Below the pieces are notes generated by a model, which did not search any database, was not told the DNA's origin, and was given only the letters and a program-made list of their open reading frames with translations. This document shows, one piece after another, positions 28,721-38,151 of a stretch of DNA of 64,000 nucleotides. A program made the translations under genes and the position numbers. Position 1 is the stretch's first letter, and each line of letters starts with the position of its first letter. The DNA is from Candidatus Latescibacterota bacterium. Lineage in GTDB: Bacteria > Latescibacterota > UBA2968. The stretch covers positions 3,872,001-3,936,000 of the forward strand of contig OZ242010.1 in NCBI GenBank assembly GCA_965204745.1. Reading direction: 5' to 3'.

Positions 28721-29716
28721 ATGAAACGCCTGATCTCATTTCTGAGTACCTGTTTGGTTGCACTCTCGATTCAAGCCGAAGATCTGCCGCGGCGGCCCGT
28801 GGCGACCTATTCCATTGTCGCGCGCGATTCCACCACTGGGCAACTCGGCGTGGCCGTACAGTCGCATTGGTTTTCCGTTGGCCCCATCGTGCCGTGGGCC
28901 GAACCCGGGGTGGGTGCCGTGGCGACGCAATCGCTGGTCGATCCCGCGTATGGGCCGCTTGGCCTAAATTTGATGCGGATGGGCCGCACCGCGCCCGAAG
29001 CACTCAAGGCACTCGTCTCGACTGATGAAGGCGCGGATGTGCGCCAAGTTGCGATGGTCGATGCGAAGGGCAATGTTGCCGCGCATACGGGCAAACGCGC
29101 CATTTTTGCGGCCGGGCATCAGCTAGGTGCGCAGTATTCCGTACAGGCCAATATCATGGAAAAGCCCACGGTTTGGGCAGCCATGGGCGCGGCTTATGAA
29201 TCTGCGGAGGGCGATTTGGCCGAGCGCTTGCTCGCGGCCCTCGAAGCCGCAGAAGCCGAAGGCGGGGACCTGCGCGGGCGACAATCGGCGGCCATTCTCG
29301 TCGTCAGCTCTAAAAATACGCACGAGCCCTGGGTCGACCGCCTGTTTGACCTGCGCGTTGAAGACCATCCCAATCCGGTCGCGGAGTTGCGCCGGCTCGT
29401 CACGTTGCAACGCGCCTATCTCAAGTTGTACGAGGGCGACGAATGGGTTGTCAAAGGCGATATCGAAAAAGCCCTTGCCGCGTACCGCCAAGCCCTTGAG
29501 ATCGTGCCGGACGAGGCCACCAATGGCGAGGCCGCGTTCTGGGTCGGCGTCACCTTGGCGGATACGGGCGATCCGGAGCAAGCCATTCCCTATCTCGCGC
29601 GGGCGTATCAACAGGACAAACGCTGGGCCGAACTCCTCCCTCGCCTACCTGCATCCAAACTCCTGCCCGACGACCCTGCGCTCATCGACCGCTTGGTTCA
29701 AGAAATGAAAAAATAA
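28721..29716 (+). CDS. DUF1028 (Ntn-hydrolase-like) protein with C-terminal TPR-like region
   Basis: Signal peptide; TYSIVARD, GAVATQS, GGDLRGRQSAA, DLRVEDH. Confidence 0.88.
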   Translation: MKRLISFLSTCLVALSIQAEDLPRRPVATYSIVARDSTTGQLGVAVQSHWFSVGPIVPWAEPGVGAVATQSLVDPAYGPLGLNLMRMGRTAPEALKALVSTDEGADVRQVAMVDAKGNVAAHTGKRAIFAAGHQLGAQYSVQANIMEKPTVWAAMGAAYESAEGDLAERLLAALEAAEAEGGDLRGRQSAAILVVSSKNTHEPWVDRLFDLRVEDHPNPVAELRRLVTLQRAYLKLYEGDEWVVKGDIEKALAAYRQALEIVPDEATNGEAAFWVGVTLADTGDPEQAIPYLARAYQQDKRWAELLPRLPASKLLPDDPALIDRLVQEMKK

Positions 29717-29722
29717 AATGCG

Positions 29723-30184
29723 TCAAAATCCGTCCATCCATTCAAACATTTGATAGTGGTTGCCATCCATCCCCAGCGCGCGATAGGTTTTTTGCGCGCG
29801 CTCATTTTCCCGCTCGACATATAGCCTGAGTCCACGCAAATCAGCAGCGCGTTCAACCGCGGTTTTTAACGCTTCGTACATCGCTCGAAAAACGCCTTGG
29901 CGCCGCGCTTTGGGCAACACGTAAACCGAGTGAATCCACACCACAGTGCCGTTGCGCCAATCGCTCCATTCGGGCACGGTCAGCAAACAACCCGCAACTT
30001 CGCCATCGACTTCGGCAATCCAATACGCGCCCTTGTGCGGGTCGTCAAAAACCGCGCGCACGCCCTTTTCCACAGTGGGTCGATCCAGTTCAAATCGCTC
30101 TGTCTCCCACGCCAATCGGAGTTGAAAATCCACGATATAGGGCGCGTCCTCGCGGCGCCCGCGACGAACTTCAATCATCGCCAT
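29723..30184 (-). CDS. GNAT-family N-acetyltransferase
   Basis: EWSDWRNG, SVYVLPKARRQGVF, NERAQKTY. Confidence 0.9.
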   Translation of the reverse strand: MAMIEVRRGRREDAPYIVDFQLRLAWETERFELDRPTVEKGVRAVFDDPHKGAYWIAEVDGEVAGCLLTVPEWSDWRNGTVVWIHSVYVLPKARRQGVFRAMYEALKTAVERAADLRGLRLYVERENERAQKTYRALGMDGNHYQMFEWMDGF

Positions 30185-30192
30185 TTCCTTTC

Positions 30193-30221
30193 TTGACACT
30201 TGGCTTAGCTGTGGGTATTTT
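30193..30221 (+). promoter_or_regulatory. Sigma70-like promoter just upstream of the TnpB element
   Basis: TTGACA-17 nt-TATTTT. Confidence 0.55.
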
Positions 30222-30224
30222 GGG

Positions 30225-31599
30225 GGCAAGTAACAGTTCGCTATAATCGTATCGTATCGTATAAAATCGTATATTATCGAGCGAAAGCAGTTGGTGTTGA
30301 AGATTGGATAGGCCAATGGTTAAGACGCACAAAAATGCACTGAAGCCGAATAAAGCACAGGCGACGCTGTTGTCAAAGCATTGTGGCTATGCGCGTGTGG
30401 CCTATAATCACGCGCTAAATGTGTTCAAAGATGGCTTGGACAATGACGAGTTTAAGTCGCTTTACACGCTCAAGCGCGAGTTCAATGCCGTGAAGAACGA
30501 GGAGTACGAATGGAATGGCGAATTGTCGCAGAACGCATCCAAGAATGCCATCCACCACCTGGATCGGGCCATAAAGAACTGGCGGAACAAGACTTTGCCT
30601 GCGCGTTTTCCAACACACCGCAAACGCGCACACGGCCAGAGCTATCAAGCGGATAACGGCAAAGGCACAGTCAAGGTCTGTGGCAATGTGGTCTTCTTGC
30701 CCAAAATCCGATGGGTCAAGATGGCCGAATCTTTGCGGTTTGATGGCGAGATTGTCCAAGCCACGGTGACCAAAACGCATAGCCGATGGTTCGTCTGCTT
30801 GTCCGTTGAAACAGGCGAGGAGACGCCCGCCAAGCGCGCAGGAGAGACCATCGGCATTGACATGGGCATCCAGACATTGGCAACGTATTCAGATGGACAG
30901 ACCGTGGAGAATCCCCAAGCGTCTCTTGACCGACACTATCGGAAGTTAAGGCGTGTGGATAAGGCTATCGCACGCTCGCAGAATGTCCACGGCAAGAACA
31001 AGCACAGCAACCGCAGGCAACGTCGGTATGACCAAAGACAACGCATTTATGGCCGCATCGCGAACATTCGCGACGACGTTCACCACAAAGCCACATCCGC
31101 TTTGGTGAAAGCGACGACCGTTGGTAAGGTGATCGTTGAAACGCTGAATGTCGCCGGTATGCGCCAAAACAAGTGTCTGTCTCGCGCTTTCCACCGCGCC
31201 GGCATCGCAGGCTTCTTGCGAATGTTGGCCTACAAGTGCGAATGGTCTGGCGTGGTCTTTGAGAAAGCCGACCGGTGGTTTGCGAGCACGAAGACATGCT
31301 CCGACTGTGGCGAGAAGAAAGTCGCCATGGACCTATCAGAGCGCGACTATGTCTGCCTGGCCTGCGGATTGGTCATCAACCGCGATTTGAACGCGGCAAA
31401 GAACTTGGCACACTACGACGCGGCAAGCCATGCCGAGTCGCAAAACGGACGTGGAGATGCCGTAAGACGGACACGAGGTTGTAAGTGCGTGGACGCATGC
31501 CCTGTGAAGCGTCAATCAAATCAACTGTCATTTGCTTTCGCATAACTTTGCGATAGTATGCGATAAATGAATGCGATTTCATACGATTTGAAGGAGCGG
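30225..31599 (+). mobile_element. TnpB-only (non-autonomous) element, probably IS607-type
   Basis: Short ATCGT repeats at the left end and inverse (A/G)CGAT repeats at the right end; GG at both putative boundaries; no TnpA. The right end could be 31609. Confidence 0.6.
30316..31545 (+). CDS. tnpB: RNA-guided endonuclease TnpB
   Basis: N-terminal HTH (CGYARVAYN), RuvC D (IGIDMG), E (VETLNV), zinc finger CSDC/CLAC, D (NRDLNAAKN). Confidence 0.93.
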   Translation: MVKTHKNALKPNKAQATLLSKHCGYARVAYNHALNVFKDGLDNDEFKSLYTLKREFNAVKNEEYEWNGELSQNASKNAIHHLDRAIKNWRNKTLPARFPTHRKRAHGQSYQADNGKGTVKVCGNVVFLPKIRWVKMAESLRFDGEIVQATVTKTHSRWFVCLSVETGEETPAKRAGETIGIDMGIQTLATYSDGQTVENPQASLDRHYRKLRRVDKAIARSQNVHGKNKHSNRRQRRYDQRQRIYGRIANIRDDVHHKATSALVKATTVGKVIVETLNVAGMRQNKCLSRAFHRAGIAGFLRMLAYKCEWSGVVFEKADRWFASTKTCSDCGEKKVAMDLSERDYVCLACGLVINRDLNAAKNLAHYDAASHAESQNGRGDAVRRTRGCKCVDACPVKRQSNQLSFAFA

Positions 31600-31638
31600 T
31601 AAATAACGGATGACACAACTCAACACGAGGAGGTTGCA

Positions 31639-31968
31639 ATGGCATTAGACACGTACAAAGCCGTCAAGAAGCTCCAAGAAGTCGGGTTCGACGAAGCCCA
31701 GGCCGCAATGGTGATTAGAATGATCGGCGAGGCATTTGACAATTCCGTAGCGACAAAGGCCGACATAGCGGCTGTTCGCACGGAGTTGGTGGCACAGGGT
31801 GCGGAGTTGCGCGCCGAGATTCAAGAAGTTCGCGCCGAGTTGCACGTCGAGGCCAAGGCGATTCGGGCTGAAATCCGCGATCTTGAACAGCGCATGACGA
31901 TCAAGTTGGGCGGCCTTCTCGTGCTCGCCTTGACTTTGCTCACCGCCATTAACAAATGGCTTGGCTGA
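31639..31968 (+). CDS. DUF1640/CCDC90-like coiled-coil protein, copy 1
   Basis: DTYKAVKKL..GF, ATKADI, heptad coil, C-terminal TM helix. Confidence 0.8.
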   Translation: MALDTYKAVKKLQEVGFDEAQAAMVIRMIGEAFDNSVATKADIAAVRTELVAQGAELRAEIQEVRAELHVEAKAIRAEIRDLEQRMTIKLGGLLVLALTLLTAINKWLG

Positions 31969-32048
31969 CGATCCGCGAGATCGTTTTTGCGAAAGGGCTT
32001 GTGTCTGAGAAAGATACAAGTGACGCGACTCAACGCGAGGAGGTTGCA

Positions 32049-32399
32049 ATGGCATTAGACACGTACAAAGCCGTAAAGAAACTCCGAGAAGTCGGGTTCG
32101 ACGAAGCCCAAGCCGAAATGGTGATTAGAATGATCGGCGAGGCATTCGACGATTCCGTAGCGACAAAGGCCGACATAGCGGCTGTTCGCACGGAGTTGGT
32201 GGCACAGGGCGCAGAGTTGCGTGCCGAGATTCAAGAAGTTCGCACCGAGATTCGAGAAGTTCGCGCCGAGTTGCACGTCGAGGCCAAGGCGATTCGGGCT
32301 GAAATCCGCGATCTTGAACAGCGCATGACGATCAAGTTGGGTGGCCTTCTCGTGCTCGCCTTGACTTTGCTCACCGCCATTAACAAATGGCTTGGTTGA
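32049..32399 (+). CDS. DUF1640/CCDC90-like coiled-coil protein, copy 2
   Basis: Tandem duplicate with one extra 21-bp heptad. Confidence 0.8.
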   Translation: MALDTYKAVKKLREVGFDEAQAEMVIRMIGEAFDDSVATKADIAAVRTELVAQGAELRAEIQEVRTEIREVRAELHVEAKAIRAEIRDLEQRMTIKLGGLLVLALTLLTAINKWLG

Positions 32400-32422
32400 C
32401 GATCCGCGAGATCATTGTTGCG

Positions 32423-32459
32423 AAAGGGCTTGTGTCTGAGAAAGATACAAGCCCTTTTT
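32423..32459 (+). terminator. Rho-independent terminator (possibly bidirectional)
   Basis: AAAGGGCTTGTGTCT...AGATACAAGCCCTTTTT between convergent genes. Confidence 0.75.
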
Positions 32460-32470
32460 GGTGGGAGGTG

Positions 32471-33208
32471 TCACTGTTGTGATTTCCATTTGTGGTACAG
32501 GGCGAATGTCTCTTCGTCCGGCGGGTAGTATTTGCCGGGGGAGAGATTTTCGCTGTCCAAGCGTCTGCGGATCCATTCTTCGAGATCGTCGTATTCAATG
32601 GCTTTGCGCGCGATTTGCGCGGCGACTTTGCGCGGAATGACCACCACGCCATCGTCGTCGGCCACGATGTAGTCGCCCGGCCTGACGAGCACGCCATCGA
32701 CTTGCACCCAGTCATTGGTCGCATAAGGCGTTCCAACGCGAGTGCCGAGGTTGGAGGTTTTGCCATATCCCCACAGCATCAAGCCATAGTCTTTGACCGT
32801 GTGCATGTCGCGGATGCCGCCATCGCAGATCAGGCCATCCACGCGCCGCTGTTTTAAGCGCAAAAATTTAATGTCGCCGCCGATAGACATCAATTTGGTC
32901 CGCATGGATTCCATCACGATCACATCGCCCGGCCCGGCGAGTTCAAATGCCGCGTATTCGGGCGATGCTTCGCCATCCGGCTTTTCCTCGTCCGCGTCTG
33001 GGCGCGAGGGCACAAAGCGCACGGTGATCGCACGGGCGACCAATCGCTTGCCGGGGGTCATGGTTTGCAGATTGGGCATGTAAGTTAAACGCGCGTCGTA
33101 CCCATTGCGAGCGAGCACATCGACCACAGCCGTTGTGTTCACGCGCTTGAGGGCGTCGCGCGTTTCGCCATCCAAGACGTGATCTGGGGTGGGTTGTAGG
33201 ATTGCCAT
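32471..33208 (-). CDS. RraA/HMG aldolase family protein
   Basis: AITVRFVP, GGDI, DGGIRD, PGDYIVADDDGVVVIP. Confidence 0.85.
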   Translation of the reverse strand: MAILQPTPDHVLDGETRDALKRVNTTAVVDVLARNGYDARLTYMPNLQTMTPGKRLVARAITVRFVPSRPDADEEKPDGEASPEYAAFELAGPGDVIVMESMRTKLMSIGGDIKFLRLKQRRVDGLICDGGIRDMHTVKDYGLMLWGYGKTSNLGTRVGTPYATNDWVQVDGVLVRPGDYIVADDDGVVVIPRKVAAQIARKAIEYDDLEEWIRRRLDSENLSPGKYYPPDEETFALYHKWKSQQ

Positions 33209-33219
33209 GGTTTCTCCTT

Positions 33220-34203
33220 CTATTTTTTGGACTCGTTTTCCACGGCTTGGATCAGCGCGATGATGTAGCCGAATTGAAATGCCCACGCCTGGGTCACGCG
33301 GTTCGAGACGCCTTCGGGAGCCGCGTCGTCCGGGTGGCGAGGGGCGTGGTCGGGCATCAGCATGTACGGATAGCCTGCGCGGTGCAAAATTTTTGCGAGT
33401 TGGTACATGTTGACATCGCCTTCGTCCGGCCACGTCTCGCAAAAGTCGTGCAGGCCGCCGCGGATGTTTCTGAAATGCACGTTAAAAATTTTCTTCTTTT
33501 CCGCGAAATATTGAACGATAGGCGGGAGTTCTTCGGCGGGATTTTCCAAGCCTTCGGCGGCCACGCCGCAACAGAAGTTGAACCCGTGATAGGGGCTATC
33601 GACCAATTCGCTGAACCGCTTTAAGCCCTCAAAGACCGGATAATTCCACTTTTCGATGCCGTTGAGCACGGGCGCGGGTGGGTCGTTGAGGTGGCACGCC
33701 AGTTGAATTTTGTACGCCTCGGCGACGGGTATCACGCGATTGAGAAAGTACGCGGCGCGTTCAAATGCCTCTTCTCGGCTCACGCGCCCGACTTCGGTAA
33801 GCGCGTCATTGTCGTATTCGGCGAGGGAGAAGGCGCTGTACGTCGTGCCGCCGCGGCCCGAGGTGCGCCCGGTGCGCTGTACGAGCCCGCCCGAAGGAGC
33901 GCGCAAGACGCAAAAGTTGTAATTCAAGCCGCGCAACCCGGCTTTGCTCGCGTTTTCGATGTACTCGCAGAAGCGGTCGATGTCGCGGTCGCGCTGCGGG
34001 TCTTTTGCCATGGGGATGCTGTCGATTGGCGGGACGTGAACCATTTCGAGTTCGATCCCATAAGCAGCGGCTTCCTCTCGGTGCCGGGTCAGGGTTTCCG
34101 CGTCCAGGCCATCAACTGTGGCGTCAAAATGGGCGACGCCGTGCCGGGCGAGAAATTCCATTTCGAGTTTCGAGGTGCCGATATACTGCGTGCCTACGTA
34201 CAT
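33220..34203 (-). CDS. Mannonate dehydratase (UxuA-like)
   Basis: VIPVAE, HLNDPP, NVHFRNI, DEGDVNM, MPDHAP. Confidence 0.82.
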   Translation of the reverse strand: MYVGTQYIGTSKLEMEFLARHGVAHFDATVDGLDAETLTRHREEAAAYGIELEMVHVPPIDSIPMAKDPQRDRDIDRFCEYIENASKAGLRGLNYNFCVLRAPSGGLVQRTGRTSGRGGTTYSAFSLAEYDNDALTEVGRVSREEAFERAAYFLNRVIPVAEAYKIQLACHLNDPPAPVLNGIEKWNYPVFEGLKRFSELVDSPYHGFNFCCGVAAEGLENPAEELPPIVQYFAEKKKIFNVHFRNIRGGLHDFCETWPDEGDVNMYQLAKILHRAGYPYMLMPDHAPRHPDDAAPEGVSNRVTQAWAFQFGYIIALIQAVENESKK

Positions 34204-34323
34204 GGGTTGTTCCTTTCGAGAAAAGGGCTTTGGCTATGCCCGTACTTGCGCGTGCGCCAGAGTGACGACAGGTGGTAGGGCGGAGGCGGGGACTGACAAC
34301 TGACTACTGACTCCCATCCGTGG

Positions 34324-35460
34324 TCATCTGCGGTCGCCTTTTATTTGAGATAGGGCCTCGTCGAGGTTTTGGACTGTGCGGGCGATGTTTTGGAGTTTGT
34401 CCAAGCCGAACAGGCCCAGGCGGAAGGTCTGAAAATCTTCTGGCTCGTCGCATTGCAGGGGAACGCCCGCGGCGATTTGCAGGCCCAAGTCCAGAAATTT
34501 TTTGCCGGTGTGGATGTCCGGGTCGTCCGTGTAGCTCACGATGACGCCCGGCGCTTGGAAGCCCGGCGCGGCCACGCTTTTGATGCCCTTGCGGGTCAAC
34601 AGGGCGCGAACTTCGTCCCCGAGTCTTTGTTGGCGCTGGCGGGCGTTATCAAAGCCGAGGGCTTCGGTTTCGCGCATGGCATCTCGAAAAATTGCGAGGG
34701 CGTCCGTGGGCATGGTCGCGTGGTACGCATGGCCGCCTGCTTCGTAGGCTTCCATGATTTGCAACCATTTGTGCAAGTCGCAAGCAAAGCTGGTGCTGGT
34801 GGTGGATTCGATGCGTTCGAGCGCGGTGGCGCCGAGCATGACCAAGGCGCAACACGCGGCACTGCTCCAGCCTTTTTGCGGCGCGCTGATCAGGACGTCG
34901 ACCCCGCAGGCTTCCATATCTACCCACATTGCGCCGGAGGCAATGCAGTCCAAGACGAGCATGCCGCCGACAGCGTGGATGGCGTCTGCCACAGCGCAGA
35001 GGTAGTCGTCGGGCAGGATGATGCCAGAGGCGGTTTCGACGTGTGGCGCGAAGACGAGGGAGGGTTGTTCCGCTTTGATGGTTTGCACGACTTCAGCGAG
35101 GGGCGCAGGTGCAAACGGAGCGTGTTTCTCATCGCCCAGCCGCCGCGCTTTGAGGACGAAAGATCGCGAGGGAATGTCGCCCATGTCGAAAATTTGCGTC
35201 CAGCGGTAGCTGAACCACCCGTTGCGAATGACCAGGCATTTCTCGTCGGTCGCAAATTGCCGCGCCACGCCTTCCATGCCAAACGTGCCACTGCCGGGAA
35301 CGACGACTACGGCGCGGGCGCGATACACGTTTTTGAGGGTGGCGGAAATGTCGCGCATCACGCCTTGGAAGGATTGCGACATGTGGTTGAGCGCGCGGTC
35401 CGTATAGACGACGGAGTATTCCAAGCGTTTATCGGGATCATTGGGATATGAGGTTGCCAT
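34324..35460 (-). CDS. Class V PLP aminotransferase (alanine-glyoxylate/serine-pyruvate type)
   Basis: PGSGT, HVETASG, DCIASG, SAPQKGW (PLP lysine). Confidence 0.9.
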   Translation of the reverse strand: MATSYPNDPDKRLEYSVVYTDRALNHMSQSFQGVMRDISATLKNVYRARAVVVVPGSGTFGMEGVARQFATDEKCLVIRNGWFSYRWTQIFDMGDIPSRSFVLKARRLGDEKHAPFAPAPLAEVVQTIKAEQPSLVFAPHVETASGIILPDDYLCAVADAIHAVGGMLVLDCIASGAMWVDMEACGVDVLISAPQKGWSSAACCALVMLGATALERIESTTSTSFACDLHKWLQIMEAYEAGGHAYHATMPTDALAIFRDAMRETEALGFDNARQRQQRLGDEVRALLTRKGIKSVAAPGFQAPGVIVSYTDDPDIHTGKKFLDLGLQIAAGVPLQCDEPEDFQTFRLGLFGLDKLQNIARTVQNLDEALSQIKGDRR

Positions 35461-35535
35461 GGTTGCCTCCGAGTGATGGGTGCGATCTCCCCCGATTCGG
35501 GAAGGGGAGATGTTCTTTTGGATAGGTTTGGGCGT

Positions 35536-36216
35536 TCATCCTTTGGAAATCAAAATGACATCCGCGCCGATGAACTCGATTTTTGAGTGCCAGAGATGGC
35601 CCAGCCATTCAAAGGTGGCTTTGGAAAAGAAGCAGATGTGCGTGGGATCTCGTTTGTAATGCCAAGTTTCAAATGCGGGTTTGTCGGTTGCGAGTTTGGT
35701 CATGATGCCCAGGACGCCGCCCGGTTTGACGAGGTGGTAAAGCCGTTGCAACTCAAACTGGGGATCGCGCAAATGTTCGCAGACTTCGGTCGCGGTGATA
35801 AAATCGTACGCGCGTTGAAAGACCGCGGGATCGCGCGCATAAAATTTGTCGTAGATGTCTGTCGCATAGCCGCGTTCTCGAAACATAACGGACAAGGTGG
35901 GGCCGGGGCCACATCCAAAATCCAACCCGCACGCGCCCGCGGGAAGACGCGCTTTGAGCGGGTTGTAAAGCCGGGACAAGAACGCCCGGTAGCGCGGGTC
36001 CGCGGGGTCATTGTCGTGGAGGTCGTACCGCTGTTTTTCGAGGCCATCCGACAGGTGGAAGATCGCGGGTACGAAGATCAGCGCGCACGTCGTGCAACGC
36101 AGGTAATCTCGGTATCGATCACAAAAATAGGGCATGGTTTGTTCGCCCTTGCAGAGCGGGCAAATGTTGGACAGCGCGGCGTGCATCGAAGTTTTCCCGT
36201 TGGCGCGAAATCTCAT
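35536..36216 (-). CDS. Class I SAM methyltransferase with N-terminal Zn-binding motif
   Basis: CPLC...CTTC; LDFGCGPGP; WHYKRDPTH. Confidence 0.88.
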   Translation of the reverse strand: MRFRANGKTSMHAALSNICPLCKGEQTMPYFCDRYRDYLRCTTCALIFVPAIFHLSDGLEKQRYDLHDNDPADPRYRAFLSRLYNPLKARLPAGACGLDFGCGPGPTLSVMFRERGYATDIYDKFYARDPAVFQRAYDFITATEVCEHLRDPQFELQRLYHLVKPGGVLGIMTKLATDKPAFETWHYKRDPTHICFFSKATFEWLGHLWHSKIEFIGADVILISKG

Positions 36217-36330
36217 TGTTTTTTGTGTGCAAACAGAATATCATGGGGCGATGATTGTCGGCGGCACGGTCCCGCAGGCGTAAAGGTAACAATTTATTCC
36301 TTTTTCACAACCCCCAAAACGGAGGCATCC

Positions 36331-37959
36331 ATGACCGGTTACGACGCAATGGCAAAAGTGCTCAAAGCAGAAGGCGTGGATTTTTTGATCGCATTTCCCC
36401 ACCAAACCCTCATCGAAGTCGCGGCAAAGGCGGGGATTACCCCCATTATTTGTCGGCAGGAGCGCACGGGTGTGAATGTTGCAGATGGCTTCAGCCGGGT
36501 TTCCAATGGACGAAAATTTGGCGTTTTCACCATGCAACAAGGCCCGGGCGCGGAAAATGCCTTTGGCGGCGTGGCGCAGGCATACGCGGATTCGGTGCCG
36601 GTGTTGCACTTGCCCGGCGGGGAACCGCTCTCGCGGCAGGGCATTCACCCCACATTTGAATCCGTGCGAAATTACCGTCACATCACCAAGTGGGCCGCGC
36701 AAATCTACGCGCCGGAAGACATTCCCGCGATGATGCGGCGCGCGGTCGTGCAGATGAAGAGCGGGCGGTTGGGGCCCGTCTTGCTGGAGATGCCCAAAGA
36801 GGCGATGGCCGTTGACTATCCCGCGGAGGAGGTCGCGTACACACCGGTTCGGATTCGGCGTTCTGTGGCTGCAACTGAAGATGTGCGCGATCTAACGACA
36901 CACCTCCTCAAAGCCTCGCGCCCGGTGATTACCGCGGGGCAAGGCGCGTTGTACGCAGAGGCGAGTGAAGAGTTGATCGCATTGGCCGAATTGACCGACA
37001 TTCCCGTGATGACGACGCTCGCGGGCAAGAGCGCGTTTCCAGAAACCCATCCCCTCGCGCTGGGCACGGGCGGGTTGACGCGCACTTTGATGGTCGAGCG
37101 GTTTCTCGCAGAGGCGGATTTTGTGCTGGGCATTGGCACGAGTTTTACGCGCAACACTTTTACCACGCCGATGCCGGACGGGGTTCTCTTGGGGCAGGTG
37201 ACGAATTGCGCCGAGGATATGGGCAAGGATTACGACGTTGTCGCAGGCGCGTTGGGCGATGCAAAATTGGTTTTGCAGCAACTGATCGACGAGGCCAAGC
37301 AGCAGATCGGCGAGGGCGGACGCGATACGGGTGCGGCGGCGCAGATCGCTGGTGTGCGCGCCGAATTTGCCGCGCAGTGGGAGGCGCGCTTTGCGTCTGA
37401 CGAAGTGCCCATCAACCCCTATCGGGTCATTCGGGAATTGGAAAACGCGGTGGATGTCGGCAATACGATCATCACGCACGATTCGGGCTATCCGCGCGAT
37501 CAACTGGTGCCGATGTGGAAACCCACTGCGCCGCGCGGGTACTTGGGCTGGGGCAAATCGACGCAACTCGGCTATGGCTTGGGCTTGGCCCTGGGCGCGA
37601 AATTGGCCGCGCCGGAAAAGCAGGTGATCAATTTGATGGGCGACGCGGCATTTGGCATGGCCGGGCTGGATTTGGAGACGGCGGTGCGCGCAGAGATTCC
37701 CATTTTGACCGTTGTGCTCAACAATGGGGTGATGACCAAATACGATTCGCACATGCCTTATGCCTCAGACCGATTTGGCAGCAATGAGTTGGGCGGCAAC
37801 TACACCCAAGTCGCCGCAGGACTGGGCGCGTACGCCGAGCGCGTGGATACCCCCGCCGAGCTCGCGACCGCCATTCAACGCGCCCTCGCCGCAAATCGCA
37901 ACGGCAAACCCGCGCTCCTCGAAGTTCTGACCAAGGCCGAGGAAAACGTTCCGCGGTAA
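36331..37959 (+). CDS. Thiamine-diphosphate-dependent enzyme (acetolactate synthase-like)
   Basis: GGAGG then ATG at 36331; RQER, QQGPG, GDAAFGM...LNNG TPP motif. Confidence 0.9.
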   Translation: MTGYDAMAKVLKAEGVDFLIAFPHQTLIEVAAKAGITPIICRQERTGVNVADGFSRVSNGRKFGVFTMQQGPGAENAFGGVAQAYADSVPVLHLPGGEPLSRQGIHPTFESVRNYRHITKWAAQIYAPEDIPAMMRRAVVQMKSGRLGPVLLEMPKEAMAVDYPAEEVAYTPVRIRRSVAATEDVRDLTTHLLKASRPVITAGQGALYAEASEELIALAELTDIPVMTTLAGKSAFPETHPLALGTGGLTRTLMVERFLAEADFVLGIGTSFTRNTFTTPMPDGVLLGQVTNCAEDMGKDYDVVAGALGDAKLVLQQLIDEAKQQIGEGGRDTGAAAQIAGVRAEFAAQWEARFASDEVPINPYRVIRELENAVDVGNTIITHDSGYPRDQLVPMWKPTAPRGYLGWGKSTQLGYGLGLALGAKLAAPEKQVINLMGDAAFGMAGLDLETAVRAEIPILTVVLNNGVMTKYDSHMPYASDRFGSNELGGNYTQVAAGLGAYAERVDTPAELATAIQRALAANRNGKPALLEVLTKAEENVPR

Positions 37960-37981
37960 AGCGACCCGCTTTCAGCCCCTA

Positions 37982-38150
37982 CCGCTGATCGTAGAAGAAG
38001 TCCGCCGCTATCGCTAGGTGTATGCCGAGCGATTGCGCTATGACATCAAAGCGATTTGCCGCGCCGCCCGCGAGCTCAAAAAGAAAAGCGGTCACGAGAT
38101 CGTTTCATTGCCACCGCGACCTGTCGCAACAGCTATGGTACGAAATGATG
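37982..38150 (+). pseudogene. Degraded small hypothetical gene
   Basis: Reads IVEEVRRYR*VYAERLRYDIKAICRAARELKKKSGHEIVSLPPRP with an internal TAG at 38015; resembles the small DPIVEEVR-type proteins found beside PIN toxins. Confidence 0.5.
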
Positions 38151-38151
38151 G

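Noticed and set aside
30225-30315. IStron (group I intron) associated with the TnpB element
   Set aside because: The left end is only ~90 bp, too short for a group I ribozyme.
31611-32450. Diversity-generating retroelement template/variable repeat pair
   Set aside because: These are whole-gene duplicates, the differences are not adenine-specific, and no reverse transcriptase is in the window.
35587-36330. N-terminal extension making a 790-aa TPP enzyme fusion
   Set aside because: The extension is antisense to the methyltransferase; a good RBS and ATG exist at 36331.
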